Source: Candidatus Levyibacteriota bacterium (lineage in GTDB: Bacteria; Patescibacteriota; Microgenomatia; Levybacterales; UBA12049). Taken from it: a DNA stretch of 64,000 nucleotides. Below, in pieces: positions 49,550 to 60,618 of the stretch. The first letter of the stretch is position 1. Every line of letters starts with the position of its first letter. The stretch spans positions 3,454-67,453 of the forward strand of contig PJMG01000022.1 in NCBI GenBank assembly GCA_003173895.1, written 5' to 3'. The position numbers and the translations under genes are program-made. The notes beneath the pieces are model-generated. The model saw nothing but the letters and a program-made list of their open reading frames with translations, was not told the DNA's origin and made no database searches.

Positions 49550-50968
49550 CTAACTATAGGATAGTATCACATCACCAGGCAGAAAGTCAAGCTGAGGAGA
49601 CAATATAATACCCGCTTCTTTATTTTTTTCTACTTTTGTGGCTGCTTCCTTACCTAATCTAAGAGAAACAATATTAGTCTCGCCTAATACTTCCTCTCCT
49701 CTTATAAGCCTAATCTTATCACCTTTTGCGATTCTCCCATCTTCTACTAGAATTCCACAAACTTTTTTCTTATCAAAGCTAAATTCAGCTTGAATTCTAG
49801 CTACTCCTAATATTTCCTCTTCCTCAGCCAATTTTTTACCTTCTAAAACAGCATTTAATTCATCTAGCATTTCATAAATAATAGAATAGTTTTTAACTAA
49901 AACTTTTTCTGTCTTGGCTAACTTTAAAATATCAGGCCTAATTTTAAGATTAAATGAAATGATAATAGACTTAGTAGATTTAGCAAAGCTGATGTCGTTC
50001 TCTGCAATCTCACCGGTTTTAGAAAAAATTACTTCTATTTCTTTAGGTAAAGCAGCTAAAATAGCTTCTAGAGAACCTTTAGTATCTGCAGCTAAAATAA
50101 CTGACAGCATTTTTTCTCCTGTCTCTAACGTTTTTTCTGTAGTTTGAACTACTTCTTGAGCTTCTGTTTCTGAAACAGCTACCGTGGACCCTACATCTGG
50201 AACTTTTTCAAAACCTAATACTTCAGCTGCTTGACCTGCATAGATTTCATTAATCTGTTCACCATCAGGATTAATGAGTGCTTTAATTTTACCTTTAGTG
50301 CCACCTGCCCAAATTTCATTTTTTAAAGAAACTTTTCCTAATTTTACTATCATTGTGGCTCGAGTACCCATTTTAGGATCTAATTTACTTTCAATGATTA
50401 TCCCTTTAAAGGATTTATCTAAGTTTTCCTGAATACTTGGGTAATTTAAATCAAAAACTAAAAGAATTAGATTTAAAAGTTTATCAATATTTTGGCCTGT
50501 TTTAGCAGAAACTTCAACAGAAGGAACGTCTCCCCCAAATTCTTCTAATGTTACCTCTTCTGCCATTAATTTCTGTTTTATTTGAGGTAAGATATTATTT
50601 GGTAAGTCTGCTTTAGTAAAAACTACTATAAAAGGAATTTTAGAAGCTTTTAAAAGTTTAATAGATTCTACAGTTTGAGGCATTATTCCATCTACACTGG
50701 AAACTATAAGTAAACCCACATCTGCTACAGTAGATCCGCGACCGCGCATTTTAGAGAAAGCTGCATGACCTGGGGTATCTATAAATGTTATAGTTCTTTT
50801 TTTACCATCTACTGTTAACTCTATAGATGAAGCACCGATTTTCTGAGTAATTCCACCTAATTCACGAGCGGCTACACTAGTTTTTCTAATAGCATCAAGT
50901 AAAGTAGTTTTACCATGATCTACATGTCCTAAAACTGATACAACTGGTGAAATTTGAATATTATCCAT
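49550..50968 (-). CDS. infB: Translation initiation factor IF-2, minimal form (likely start 50968)
   Basis: [29 protein letters not shown]. Confidence 0.96.
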   Translation of the reverse strand: MDNIQISPVVSVLGHVDHGKTTLLDAIRKTSVAARELGGITQKIGASSIELTVDGKKRTITFIDTPGHAAFSKMRGRGSTVADVGLLIVSSVDGIMPQTVESIKLLKASKIPFIVVFTKADLPNNILPQIKQKLMAEEVTLEEFGGDVPSVEVSAKTGQNIDKLLNLILLVFDLNYPSIQENLDKSFKGIIIESKLDPKMGTRATMIVKLGKVSLKNEIWAGGTKGKIKALINPDGEQINEIYAGQAAEVLGFEKVPDVGSTVAVSETEAQEVVQTTEKTLETGEKMLSVILAADTKGSLEAILAALPKEIEVIFSKTGEIAENDISFAKSTKSIIISFNLKIRPDILKLAKTEKVLVKNYSIIYEMLDELNAVLEGKKLAEEEEILGVARIQAEFSFDKKKVCGILVEDGRIAKGDKIRLIRGEEVLGETNIVSLRLGKEAATKVEKNKEAGIILSPQLDFLPGDVILSYS

Positions 50969-50977
50969 AAAAGACAA

Positions 50978-51047
50978 TGTCATGCTGAATTTAGTTCAAC
51001 ATCTTCTCAAAATTTCAAGAGGATCCTGAAATAACTTCAGGATGACA
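50978..51047. repeat. Complete two-hairpin palindromic element between nusA and infB
   Basis: TGTCATGCTGAATTTAGTTCAACATCT...GATCCTGAAATAACTTCAGGATGACA. Confidence 0.8.
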
Positions 51048-51049
51048 AG

Positions 51050-52129
51050 TTATTTTTCTTCTGACTTTTCAACTGGAGTTTCTTCTTTAGTGTCTACAGG
51101 TAATTCCGATTCTTCCTTTTTTTCTTTATCTGCTTCTGCTGCCTCTTCTTTTGTATTTTCCTCAACAGGTTCTTCTGTCGATTCTTTTTCTAAAATATTT
51201 ATTCTATATCCTGTTAACTCTGAAGCTAATTTTACATTTTGGCCATCTTTTCCTATAGCAGATGATAACTCTGATTTATCTGCTAAAACTTCTGCTTCTT
51301 TTTTATCTTCTTCAATAGTTACTTGTAGATTTTTAGCTGGACCTAGAGCTAATTTTATATACTCAACTGGATTTTCTTCGTAGGGAATGATGTCAATTTT
51401 TTCCAATCCACCAAACTCCTGGATTACGGCTTGAATTCTAACTCCCTTTTGTCCTACACAACTTCCTACTGGATCAACTCCAGTAGTTTTAGCTGCTACT
51501 GCGATTTTACTTCTCACGCCCGCTTCACGTACTATAGATTTAACTATCACTGTACCTGCATTAACTTCTGGAACTTCACGCTTTAAAAGTCCTTCTAATA
51601 AACCAGTATGAGATCTAGAAACTACTACTTCACTACCTCGAGCTCCTTCTCTAATCTCAACGATATAAATGGCTAACCTTTGATTCATGTGGTAATGTTC
51701 ATTAGGAATTTGCTGATCTTTTGGCATGATAGCCTCAGCTTTTCCAATATCTACTATGATATTGGGCCCTGCAAATCGGAGAATCATACCATTAACTACA
51801 GTTCCAATTTTTAACTTAAAATCACTAATTATGGCTGCTTTTTCTTCTTCTCTAACTTTTTGGAGTATAACTTGTTTAGCAGTTTGAGCTGCTATTCTAC
51901 CAAAACCTGGAGGAGTAACATCTTTCTCTCCATGTAAAACTCTAGCTTCACCTGTAGAAGGATTAATGGTAACACTGTATTCTTCAGGAACTATTTCAGG
52001 ATTTTCTTTTCTGTAAGCAGCTAGAATAGCATTTTTTACACTATCTAAAACTACTTCTACTGAGACACCACGTTCTGTGGCTACTTGATTTAAAGCTAAG
52101 TAAAATTCACTTCTTTGTACTGCTGGCAT
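51050..52129 (-). CDS. nusA: Transcription factor NusA
   Basis: FGRIAAQTAKQVI, DPVGSCVG, AIGKDGQNVKLA. Confidence 0.97.
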   Translation of the reverse strand: MPAVQRSEFYLALNQVATERGVSVEVVLDSVKNAILAAYRKENPEIVPEEYSVTINPSTGEARVLHGEKDVTPPGFGRIAAQTAKQVILQKVREEEKAAIISDFKLKIGTVVNGMILRFAGPNIIVDIGKAEAIMPKDQQIPNEHYHMNQRLAIYIVEIREGARGSEVVVSRSHTGLLEGLLKREVPEVNAGTVIVKSIVREAGVRSKIAVAAKTTGVDPVGSCVGQKGVRIQAVIQEFGGLEKIDIIPYEENPVEYIKLALGPAKNLQVTIEEDKKEAEVLADKSELSSAIGKDGQNVKLASELTGYRINILEKESTEEPVEENTKEEAAEADKEKKEESELPVDTKEETPVEKSEEK

Positions 52130-52198
52130 ATATAGTAGTATAGCAAAGATGCCTAGCTTTAATCAATCTATCTAATTTTAATGCACATAAAGTATGAA

Positions 52199-53296
52199 TT
52201 ACTTTTTAGCTTCTTTAAATGTTTTTATTATTTGATCTGCGCCTCTTTTCCATGTCCAATTTTTTTTCATATCTAAGATTGCATTTTGGCTAATTTTATT
52301 TTGTAAATTTTTATTAGACAAAATCTTTTCAAATATCTTCGACACTACAATTGGATCTTTTGGAACTAGAAATCCTGTTTTGTTATTTTTTATTGAATCT
52401 TTATATCCTCCTTCATCTAAAGCTATTACAATGGCACCGCAGCTCAAAGCTTCAAGTGGGATTAAACCAAAAGGTTCGTTAAAGCCAAAACAGATCACTA
52501 TTCGAGATTTAGAATAGTAATCTCGTAATTGTTTATCATTTGATACCCAATTTTCTCCTCGCATTAAATAAAATATTTTTACTTTCTTTTTAAGATTTTT
52601 AATACTTTCTTCAAAAAGTTCATAACCTTCAAATATATCCTTAGTACCAATAAATAAAATATCTATTTCTTTTTTTAAAGTTGGGTAAAAATTTGAAGTA
52701 TCAACTCCCATATGACAAACTGTACTATTCAATTTATAAGCATTATAAATATTATTTTTTGTAAAAGTAGAGTTGGTTAAAATTATATCTGCATTTTTTA
52801 TATTAAAAATGTCAATTATTTTTTTAATATTTCGGGTTAGCTTTTCATATGTTTTTCTTATGGGATCCAAATTTTTTGGTGCGGAAAATATTGTCTCATA
52901 AATCATTCTTAACGGCTCCTGACAATAATAAATTTTAGTTATTGATAAACAACTTAAAATAAAAGGTGCTTGGGTAAATTTAGATCCATGAATAAACGCA
53001 AAATCATAACTATTTTTCTCTATATCTTTAGCAATTTTTTTATGTAGCCGATAGAGCTTATAAATTTCTATGAAATCTTTATATAATTTTACTTTAAAAT
53101 TACCTCCATTCCAGACTTTTGGAATAAATTTATAAAAAAAGACATGACTATAATATTTCTTTTCTTGAAAAGTATCTTTTTCATCAATAAAAAAAAGATC
53201 CACAGTGTGACCTTGAAGTTTTATGGCACGAGCAAATTCATTTGCTCCGCGCCTGGCACCACCAGGATCTAATTCATAAAATACTGCAATTCTCAT
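52199..53296 (-). CDS. GT4 glycosyltransferase
   Basis: GGARR, NSTFT, EPFGLIPLEA. Confidence 0.9.
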   Translation of the reverse strand: MRIAVFYELDPGGARRGANEFARAIKLQGHTVDLFFIDEKDTFQEKKYYSHVFFYKFIPKVWNGGNFKVKLYKDFIEIYKLYRLHKKIAKDIEKNSYDFAFIHGSKFTQAPFILSCLSITKIYYCQEPLRMIYETIFSAPKNLDPIRKTYEKLTRNIKKIIDIFNIKNADIILTNSTFTKNNIYNAYKLNSTVCHMGVDTSNFYPTLKKEIDILFIGTKDIFEGYELFEESIKNLKKKVKIFYLMRGENWVSNDKQLRDYYSKSRIVICFGFNEPFGLIPLEALSCGAIVIALDEGGYKDSIKNNKTGFLVPKDPIVVSKIFEKILSNKNLQNKISQNAILDMKKNWTWKRGADQIIKTFKEAKK

Positions 53297-54327
53297 TTAA
53301 TAAATAGTTCTTTATTAGCAATAATCCATTTATAAAGATTATTAATACCTTCAACATATGAGACTTGAGGTTCCCAACCAAAATCTTTTTTACTTTTTCT
53401 TACATCTGCTATGAATATTTTCTGATCTCCTATACGCTCTGGTAAAAATTTAGCATTAATTTTTTTACTAAATAAATTTTCGAGAATGGGTTTAAATTCA
53501 TACCAAATTGAAATTTTATTTTTATAACTTCCTCCTATGTTATAAACATTGCCTTTAGTAATATTGATATTATCTGTAGCAAGTTCATAAGCTTTTAGTA
53601 GATCATCAATATAAAGAATATCTCTTACCTGTTTACCATTCCCATAAATTTTAATTTTTTCTTTTTTTAAGAGAGCTATTATAAACCATGCTACCCAACC
53701 TTGATCTTCAATCCCAAATTGATGAGGGCCATAGATACAAGATTGCCTAAAAACAATTGTATTTAACTTATAAACTCTACTATAATCATGAATATACTGA
53801 TCAGCTGCTCCTTTACTACATCCATATGGAGAATGAAAATCTAAATCTTGTTTTTCAGATATACCGTAAGGAAAATCTTTAAACTCATATCTATTTTTTT
53901 TCTCAACTATATTAGTATTTTCTAAATTTCCATAGACTTTATTGGTTGAGCTATAAATTAAAATAGGATTATTACCTGATTTTCTTATTGCTTCAAGCAA
54001 ATTAATTGTTCCTACTACATTTATTTCAAAATCTTCTCTTGGATTTATAACTGAAGTTGTAACTGCGACTTGTCCAGCTAAATGTAAAATTAACTGTGAA
54101 TTTTTTACTGTTTTATTTAGAATCCCACTATTTTCTCGTATATCAGTTTCAATAATTTTCAATTTGTCTTTAATTTTTTCTTTTAACTTAGAAACATTTA
54201 TTTTTGATCCATAGCGAGAGAAGTTATCCAGAATTGTTACTTTTGCTCCTTTATTAATAAAATATTCTGCTGCGTTTATGCCGATAAATCCTGCTCCACC
54301 AGTAATTAAAACTTGATTATATTTCAT
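53293..54327 (-). CDS. NDP-sugar epimerase/dehydratase (CDP-paratose 2-epimerase-like SDR)
   Basis: TGGAGFIG, HLAGQVAVTTS, SSTNKVYG, YGCSK, DQGWVAWF. Confidence 0.9.
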   Translation of the reverse strand: MKYNQVLITGGAGFIGINAAEYFINKGAKVTILDNFSRYGSKINVSKLKEKIKDKLKIIETDIRENSGILNKTVKNSQLILHLAGQVAVTTSVINPREDFEINVVGTINLLEAIRKSGNNPILIYSSTNKVYGNLENTNIVEKKNRYEFKDFPYGISEKQDLDFHSPYGCSKGAADQYIHDYSRVYKLNTIVFRQSCIYGPHQFGIEDQGWVAWFIIALLKKEKIKIYGNGKQVRDILYIDDLLKAYELATDNINITKGNVYNIGGSYKNKISIWYEFKPILENLFSKKINAKFLPERIGDQKIFIADVRKSKKDFGWEPQVSYVEGINNLYKWIIANKELFIK

Positions 54328-54340
54328 AGGAAATTATAAA

Positions 54341-56728
54341 TTAATTTAGAATATGGAGATTATTATTGTCAACAGTTAAATTAATTTTAGATCCATGCTC
54401 AATTTTTCCTTCTAGCATAGATTTAGCAATTATATCTTCTAATTCACCTTCTATTAAACGTCTGAGTGGCCTAGCACCAAACTCAGGATTGAAACCTTTT
54501 TTAGCTAAATAATCTATTACACTAGAGTTAAAATTTAAATCAATATCTTTTTGTTTTAGGTTTTGTTTAAAATCATTTAACATAATTTCTGCTATTTTGT
54601 AAATATCACTTAGAGTAAGTGGTGAGAAAATAATAATGTCATCAAATCTATTTAATAATTCGATTTTAAAAATCCCATCTTGTTCAATTTTTTCAATTAG
54701 AGATTTTTTAAATCTATCATCAATGGGGATATCTTTTTTAAGCTCCTGATTAATAAAAATAGCTCCTGCATTAGAAGTAGCAATAATTATAGTATTCACA
54801 AAAGAAACAGTTCTTCCTTTATTGTCAGTAAGTCTTCCATCTTCTAAAATTTGTAGAAACAAATCTAAAACTTGTGGATTAGCTTTTTCAAATTCATCTA
54901 AAAGTATTAAAGAAAATGGATTATCTAAAACTTTTTCTGTTAATTCACCTTTTTCATTTCCTTGCCCGGGAGCAGAACCGAGTAATCTATTAATAGCATC
55001 ACTATTTTTATATTCACTCATATCCAACCTAATCATATTTCTTTGATTTTTAAAATATATGTCGCCTAAAACTTTTGCTGTTTCTGTTTTACCTACACCT
55101 GTAGGTCCTAAAAACAGAAATGAAATGGGTCTGTTATTATTCACCATTCCTACTCGTAAGCGTCTTAAAGCTTGAGATATGGCATTAATAGCTTTCTGTT
55201 GTCCTATTATTCGAGCACCTAAATAATCTTCCAAATGTAGTAGTAAATTTCTTTCCGTCTCACGAGGTGTAGAAATAGAAATATGTGTTTGTGTTTCGAG
55301 TTTAGATTCAATATCATCTTCGTCAATTATTTTTTTATTAGATAACCGGGCTGTAGATGCTACTGATTCTAGTAAGGAAATAGCACTCCCTGGTAAAACT
55401 TTATCCGGGAAAAAACGTTTAGATAAACTTACACTACTAACTATAGCTTTAAAAGTAAAAATCACATTATTTTTTATTTCAATTCTCTCTGTTTTTTCCA
55501 GAACCATTTGAATTACTTCATTTATTTTGGGCTCTTCGAGTTTTACGATTTCAAAAAAATTCAAGAAATTTGACTTATTTTGAATATATGTCTTAAATGC
55601 AGTATTAGTAGCTGTAGCAATTATAGGTAAATGAGAGTTTTTAAGATAAGGAACTAGAGAGTCTGATAAGTCTGTGTGATAAGTAGAAGAACCCAATAAA
55701 TTTTCTAAATCAGGTATATAAATAATTATATTTCCAGAATGTGCTATTTCTTCAAGAACTATTTCTAAACGTTCTTCTAAGTCTGCTATATCACGAGTTC
55801 CTGCTAGTAAAGGTCCTATCATGAGTTGATAAACTCTTTTATGATTTAGAAATGATGTTAAATTACCAAGAAAGCTATTATATGCAAATGCTTCAACTAA
55901 AGTAGTTTTTCCACTACCAATTTCGCCTATTAAAAGTGCATTATTTCTATTTGATTTAGAGAGTATATCTATTACTTCTCTAAATTCATTTCTTCTACCA
56001 ACCACTACAGGCTTTTCAAAAAGGACTTTAGCTGTTAAATCTAAAATAAAATTACTAGTAAAAGGAGTCCAACCAAAAGTAACATTATCAAAAATTCCTT
56101 CACCTAAGAATTGTATCCTGTTATTTTTGGGCTTTTCTTCTTCGGGAAAGTTAAATCTAGTCCAATATAAAATATTTAAAATATCACTTTCTTTTAAATG
56201 TTTTTTTATAAAAAGACTATTTTTATCATTTAACGAAATTAAATAAGCAGTTAATAAATCAGCAGTTGTTACATATTTACCAAAAACTTCCTTAGAAATA
56301 AGAAATGCTTTATTTAAAATTTCATTTTTAGTAATATTTATAATCTCTATTTCCGATTTTTTAATATTTGCACGCTCCAGTAGAAATTCACACGATGGAA
56401 TATTACACAACTCTCTTATTAAATCGTTAATAGATGAATCAAAATGATAATAAGAAAGAGCATTTAAAGTTAAGAAATCTAATTCATTATCATTTACATT
56501 TTTTTGAGAAATTTGTTTAGGAGGTAGAATCCTGGTTATAAAAAATTTATAATAAGCCTCTGTCATTAAAAATATTGATATAAAAAATAGAGGTAATTTA
56601 TAGTTGAGATTAACCAATAAAGCCAAAATTAAAAAAATCAAACAGACTATAAAAAATATTAATCTTAAAATTTTAATACTCTTTTTTCTATATGTTCTAT
56701 AAAAAAATGCAAATTTATAAAGTTTCAT
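54341..56728 (-). CDS. ClpA/B-like double-AAA+ ATPase with N-terminal TM helices
   Basis: GEIGSGKTT, GPTGVGKTE, RLDMSEY, LLDEFEKA, FGARPLRR; hydrophobic N-terminus. Confidence 0.9.
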   Translation of the reverse strand: MKLYKFAFFYRTYRKKSIKILRLIFFIVCLIFLILALLVNLNYKLPLFFISIFLMTEAYYKFFITRILPPKQISQKNVNDNELDFLTLNALSYYHFDSSINDLIRELCNIPSCEFLLERANIKKSEIEIINITKNEILNKAFLISKEVFGKYVTTADLLTAYLISLNDKNSLFIKKHLKESDILNILYWTRFNFPEEEKPKNNRIQFLGEGIFDNVTFGWTPFTSNFILDLTAKVLFEKPVVVGRRNEFREVIDILSKSNRNNALLIGEIGSGKTTLVEAFAYNSFLGNLTSFLNHKRVYQLMIGPLLAGTRDIADLEERLEIVLEEIAHSGNIIIYIPDLENLLGSSTYHTDLSDSLVPYLKNSHLPIIATATNTAFKTYIQNKSNFLNFFEIVKLEEPKINEVIQMVLEKTERIEIKNNVIFTFKAIVSSVSLSKRFFPDKVLPGSAISLLESVASTARLSNKKIIDEDDIESKLETQTHISISTPRETERNLLLHLEDYLGARIIGQQKAINAISQALRRLRVGMVNNNRPISFLFLGPTGVGKTETAKVLGDIYFKNQRNMIRLDMSEYKNSDAINRLLGSAPGQGNEKGELTEKVLDNPFSLILLDEFEKANPQVLDLFLQILEDGRLTDNKGRTVSFVNTIIIATSNAGAIFINQELKKDIPIDDRFKKSLIEKIEQDGIFKIELLNRFDDIIIFSPLTLSDIYKIAEIMLNDFKQNLKQKDIDLNFNSSVIDYLAKKGFNPEFGARPLRRLIEGELEDIIAKSMLEGKIEHGSKINLTVDNNNLHILN

Positions 56729-56729
56729 A

Positions 56730-57071
56730 TTATTTGAATAACCAATAGATCGTTAAAACCGGCCATATTAAAAATAAAATTATCATCATAATCTCCAAAA
56801 CAAATAAAATTATTAAAATTACTAAATCAAAAAAAATCAAAATACTTTTTATAAAAATTCCTATTACTATGGCAAAGGTAATTAGATCTTTTCTATATTC
56901 ATTCTTCCATGGCTTAAAAAAACTACTAATTAATATTTGAAGAGATAAAGCTCTAGACACAGAAGTATTTAAAGAAGCGAAATACGAAATTAAACTTACG
57001 GGTGCTTTAGTATACCAAAAATTAAAAAATGAAATAACAAAATATAAATAATCACTAAAAAAAAGCGTCAT
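56730..57071 (-). CDS. Small membrane protein directly upstream of the Clp ATPase
   Basis: FWY...FFKPWK motif, hydrophobic C-terminal half; 1-nt gap to the ATPase. Confidence 0.75.
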   Translation of the reverse strand: MTLFFSDYLYFVISFFNFWYTKAPVSLISYFASLNTSVSRALSLQILISSFFKPWKNEYRKDLITFAIVIGIFIKSILIFFDLVILIILFVLEIMMIILFLIWPVLTIYWLFK

Positions 57072-57135
57072 TAAATAGAGTATAGGAAATTTCTACACAA
57101 TATACTACAATTTTTAAAATTAATTTAATATTAAA

Positions 57136-58026
57136 TTAGAACCAGCCTTTTTTTTCTTTTTCTTCAAATTCTTTTAACAAATCTTTCTGAGTGTTATTTA
57201 TGTTTTTAGGAATTATCACTTTTATTCTTATGTATTGATCACCTCTAGTATTTCCTCTTAAATGTGGAACACCTTTTTCGCGCAGGCGAATAAGAGTGTC
57301 AGGCTGGGTACCCGAGGGAATTTTTATTCTTACTTTTCCGTCAATTGTTTCTACTTCAATTTCAGCTCCTAAAATAGCTTGTACGAATGATATTTTTTCT
57401 TCACTAATTAAATCGTAATTCTCTCTTTGGAATTTATTACTAGGTGCTACCCTAACTACAAGATCAAAATCATCAAAGCGGATACGAGAACCATTATCTA
57501 CACCTGCTGGAATTTTTATAGTCTTCTCATGATTCCCAATTTTTACTTTTCGACTTACTCCATGAACTGCTTCATTAAAATCTAAACTCAGCGAATAAGT
57601 ATCTTTTCGCTGTCTTGCTGCGCCGCCGAAAACCGATCCACCAAAAAATTGCTCAAAAATTTCAAATGGATCTGAAAATCCACCAAAATCAAAATCTCCA
57701 TTTCCGCCCATATTAGTGTAGGTATAAGTAAATGGACCATTTTGCCCTCCAAATCCGCCAAATGGATTACCTCCTTGGAAAGGATTCCCACCACCTGCTG
57801 CGCCTTGCTCAAAAGCTGCAGCCCCAAATTGGTCATAAGTTGAGCGCTTACTTGGATCTGATAAAACTTCATAAGCTTGAGTTACTTCTTTAAATTTTTC
57901 ATCTGCACCTTTTTCTTTATTTCGATCTGGGTGATACTTTAAAGCTAATTTTCTATATGCAGTTTTTATTTCCTGATCTGAAGCATTTTTCGAAACTCCT
58001 AAAATATCATAATAATCTTTATTCAT
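57136..58026 (-). CDS. dnaJ: DnaJ-family co-chaperone without a zinc finger (class B)
   Basis: J-domain HPD motif, G/F-rich region, C-terminal domain; no CxxCxGxG repeats. Confidence 0.9.
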   Translation of the reverse strand: MNKDYYDILGVSKNASDQEIKTAYRKLALKYHPDRNKEKGADEKFKEVTQAYEVLSDPSKRSTYDQFGAAAFEQGAAGGGNPFQGGNPFGGFGGQNGPFTYTYTNMGGNGDFDFGGFSDPFEIFEQFFGGSVFGGAARQRKDTYSLSLDFNEAVHGVSRKVKIGNHEKTIKIPAGVDNGSRIRFDDFDLVVRVAPSNKFQRENYDLISEEKISFVQAILGAEIEVETIDGKVRIKIPSGTQPDTLIRLREKGVPHLRGNTRGDQYIRIKVIIPKNINNTQKDLLKEFEEKEKKGWF

Positions 58027-58037
58027 AGTTTTATATT

Positions 58038-58060
58038 AAAAATGCGCTCAATTAAGCGCA
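58038..58060 (-). terminator. Terminator-like hairpin between dnaK and dnaJ
   Basis: TGCGCTT-aat-TGAGCGCA-TTTTT on the minus strand. Confidence 0.6.
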
Positions 58061-58086
58061 CTTAGTAAACAATTTATTTTTTAATA

Positions 58087-60033
58087 TTATTCAACCACTT
58101 CACCTTCTTGAGCATCTTTTTTATCCTCAGTTGTATTTGAATCAGTTTTTCCATCTTGTGGTGAGGTCGAACCATCTTCTTCTTTAGCTTCTACTTCTGG
58201 TTCTTGAGCAGATCCTGCTCCTGGTTGCTGTTGATTACCATATGCTGCTTGTCCAATTTTAGATAAACTATTAGATAAATCTTCAGTTTTAGCCTTTAAA
58301 TCTTCTGCAGAACCACTGTCTAGAATATTTCTTAAAGCTTTAATTTTATCTTCTACTTCTGTCTTAATATTTGGATCTAATTTATCTCCGGCATCTTTAA
58401 TGGCTTTTTCAGAAGTGAAAATTAGATTATCAGCTTGATTTCTAGCTTCTACTTTAGCTTTTTTCTCTTCATCTTCTTTAGCATTCATTTCTGCCTCTTT
58501 AGTCATTTTTTCTATCTCTTCTTTAGAAAGACCAGTAGAACCAGTTATTTTAATACTTTGTTCTTTACCTGAAGCTTTATCTTTAGCTTTTACACTTAAA
58601 ATTCCTGAAGCATCAATATCAAATGTTACTTCAACTTGTGGAACACCACGAGGAGCAGGTGGAATACCATCTAAGATAAATCGACCAAGTGATTTATTAT
58701 CTGCTGCCATAGGACGTTCTCCTTGAAGAACATTAATTTCCACTTGAGTTTGATTATCAGCAGCGGTGGAGAAAACTTGAGATTTACTAGTTGGAATAGT
58801 CGTATTTCTAGGAATTAAGGGGGTAGAAACTGACCCCATCGTTTCAATTCCTAAAGTTAATGGCGTAACATCAAGTAAAAGCACATCATTAACTTCTCCA
58901 GCTAATACACCGCCTTGGACAGCGGCACCTACTGCTACTACTTCATCCGGATTTACAGATTTATTAGGTTCCTTACCAAAGAAATTCTTAACTGTCTCTA
59001 TAATCTTTGGCATTCTGGTCATGCCACCAACCATAACTATCTCATTAACATCAGAAACTTTAATCTTTGCATCCTCGATAGCTTTCTTAACTGGACCTAA
59101 AGTTTGTTCTATAAGATCACCTACTAATTGTTCTAACTTAGCTCGTGTTAAGGTCATAGTTAGATGTAGTGGCCCATTGGGACCTTGAGTTATAAATGGT
59201 TGGTTAATTTGAGCCTCTTGAGAAGATGATAATTCTATCTTAGCTTTTTCAGCTGATTCTTTAAGTCGTTGTAATGCTTGAGGATCAGATCTTAAATCTA
59301 TATTATTTTCTTTCTTAAATTCATCGGCTATATAGCTAATAATTTTTTGATCAAAATCATCGCCACCTAAGTGAGTATCGCCATTGGTAGATTTAACTTC
59401 ATAAACTCCTTCTCCTAATTCGAGAATAGAAATATCAAAAGTTCCACCACCTAAATCATAAACTGCTATAGTGTGAGCATTTTTTTTATCTAAACCATAA
59501 GCTAAGGCTGCTGCAGTAGGCTCATTTATGATTCTTAGCACTTCTAATCCAGCTATTTCACCTGATTGTTTAGTAGCTTGACGTTGAGAATCATCAAAGT
59601 ATGCAGGTACTGTAATGACAGCTTGAGTTACTTTAGAACCTAAATAATTTTCTGCATCAGTTTTAATTTTTTGTAGAATCATAGCTGAGATTTCTTGAGG
59701 AGTATAAGTTTTTCCATCTACTTCTACTACAGCCATTCCGTCGCGGCCTGCTTTAATCGTATAAGGTAGTAGCTTCATATCGCGCTGTACAGATGGATCA
59801 TCAAATTTGCGACCCATAAGTCGTTTTATAGAATAAATGGTTTCTTTAGGTTTCAAAACCATTTGACGCTTTGCGATATCTCCTACTACATGCGTTTTAG
59901 GATCTGCTACTGATGGAATAACATTACGTCCCTCTGCTGAATGAATAACTTTAGGACTTCCACCTTCCATCACTGCTACACATGAATTTGTAGTTCCCAA
60001 ATCAATACCGATAATTTTATTAGTTGTTGCCAT
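58087..60033 (-). CDS. dnaK: Chaperone DnaK
   Basis: [26 protein letters not shown]. Confidence 0.99.
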   Translation of the reverse strand: MATTNKIIGIDLGTTNSCVAVMEGGSPKVIHSAEGRNVIPSVADPKTHVVGDIAKRQMVLKPKETIYSIKRLMGRKFDDPSVQRDMKLLPYTIKAGRDGMAVVEVDGKTYTPQEISAMILQKIKTDAENYLGSKVTQAVITVPAYFDDSQRQATKQSGEIAGLEVLRIINEPTAAALAYGLDKKNAHTIAVYDLGGGTFDISILELGEGVYEVKSTNGDTHLGGDDFDQKIISYIADEFKKENNIDLRSDPQALQRLKESAEKAKIELSSSQEAQINQPFITQGPNGPLHLTMTLTRAKLEQLVGDLIEQTLGPVKKAIEDAKIKVSDVNEIVMVGGMTRMPKIIETVKNFFGKEPNKSVNPDEVVAVGAAVQGGVLAGEVNDVLLLDVTPLTLGIETMGSVSTPLIPRNTTIPTSKSQVFSTAADNQTQVEINVLQGERPMAADNKSLGRFILDGIPPAPRGVPQVEVTFDIDASGILSVKAKDKASGKEQSIKITGSTGLSKEEIEKMTKEAEMNAKEDEEKKAKVEARNQADNLIFTSEKAIKDAGDKLDPNIKTEVEDKIKALRNILDSGSAEDLKAKTEDLSNSLSKIGQAAYGNQQQPGAGSAQEPEVEAKEEDGSTSPQDGKTDSNTTEDKKDAQEGEVVE

Positions 60034-60039
60034 ATATTT

Positions 60040-60618
60040 TTATATAGATCCTTCGACTTCTGACATTTTGGCTTTGCCAACTGTCACTTGTGCTGGTCTT
60101 ATGTTTTCAAAACCTATTCTTAGTTCCTCTAATACAATCCCGTCTTCACCTTCTCTAGTAGTTACTGCTTCCATAGTTTCTGGATTAAATTTCTCACCAA
60201 CCGTTTTTATTTTTTTTAAACCTTCATCCTCAAATACTTTTATAAATTGATCTATCGTCATGTTGAGACCCGAATCATTAAAATGCTTTACAGCCAGAAT
60301 TAGTGTATCCAAAACAGGTAAAAGTTTCAAGATTAAATTTTGGTTTGCACTTTTTATTAAATTAATTCTTTCTTCCTGAGTTCTTCTTTGTAAATTTTGA
60401 TAATCTGCTAAAGCCCTTTTATACGATACTTCAAATCCATCTGCTAGATTTTTTAAATCTTCTAATTCTTTACCTAAGTCATTTTTTTCCTCTGACGCAA
60501 TCTCTTCTTCATTTACTTTTTCACTTTCATTATCAATAAGTTCCTGATCTTTATCATCTGTACCAATTTTTTCTGTTTTTTTATTATTTAAATTTTTATC
60601 ATCCATAAGAATTACCAA
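60040..60618 (-). CDS. grpE: Nucleotide exchange factor GrpE
   Basis: RALADYQNLQRR, LLPVLD, GEKFNP, IRPAQVTV. Confidence 0.95.
   Translation of the reverse strand: MVILMDDKNLNNKKTEKIGTDDKDQELIDNESEKVNEEEIASEEKNDLGKELEDLKNLADGFEVSYKRALADYQNLQRRTQEERINLIKSANQNLILKLLPVLDTLILAVKHFNDSGLNMTIDQFIKVFEDEGLKKIKTVGEKFNPETMEAVTTREGEDGIVLEELRIGFENIRPAQVTVGKAKMSEVEGSI

Noticed and set aside
809-60250. Short antisense or alternative-frame ORFs (e.g. 809, 4405, 6705, 15834, 16518, 24399, 43752, 43859, 49914, 51042, 54822, 57588, 60068)
   Set aside because: They are shadows of well-conserved genes, with no motifs or independent expression signals
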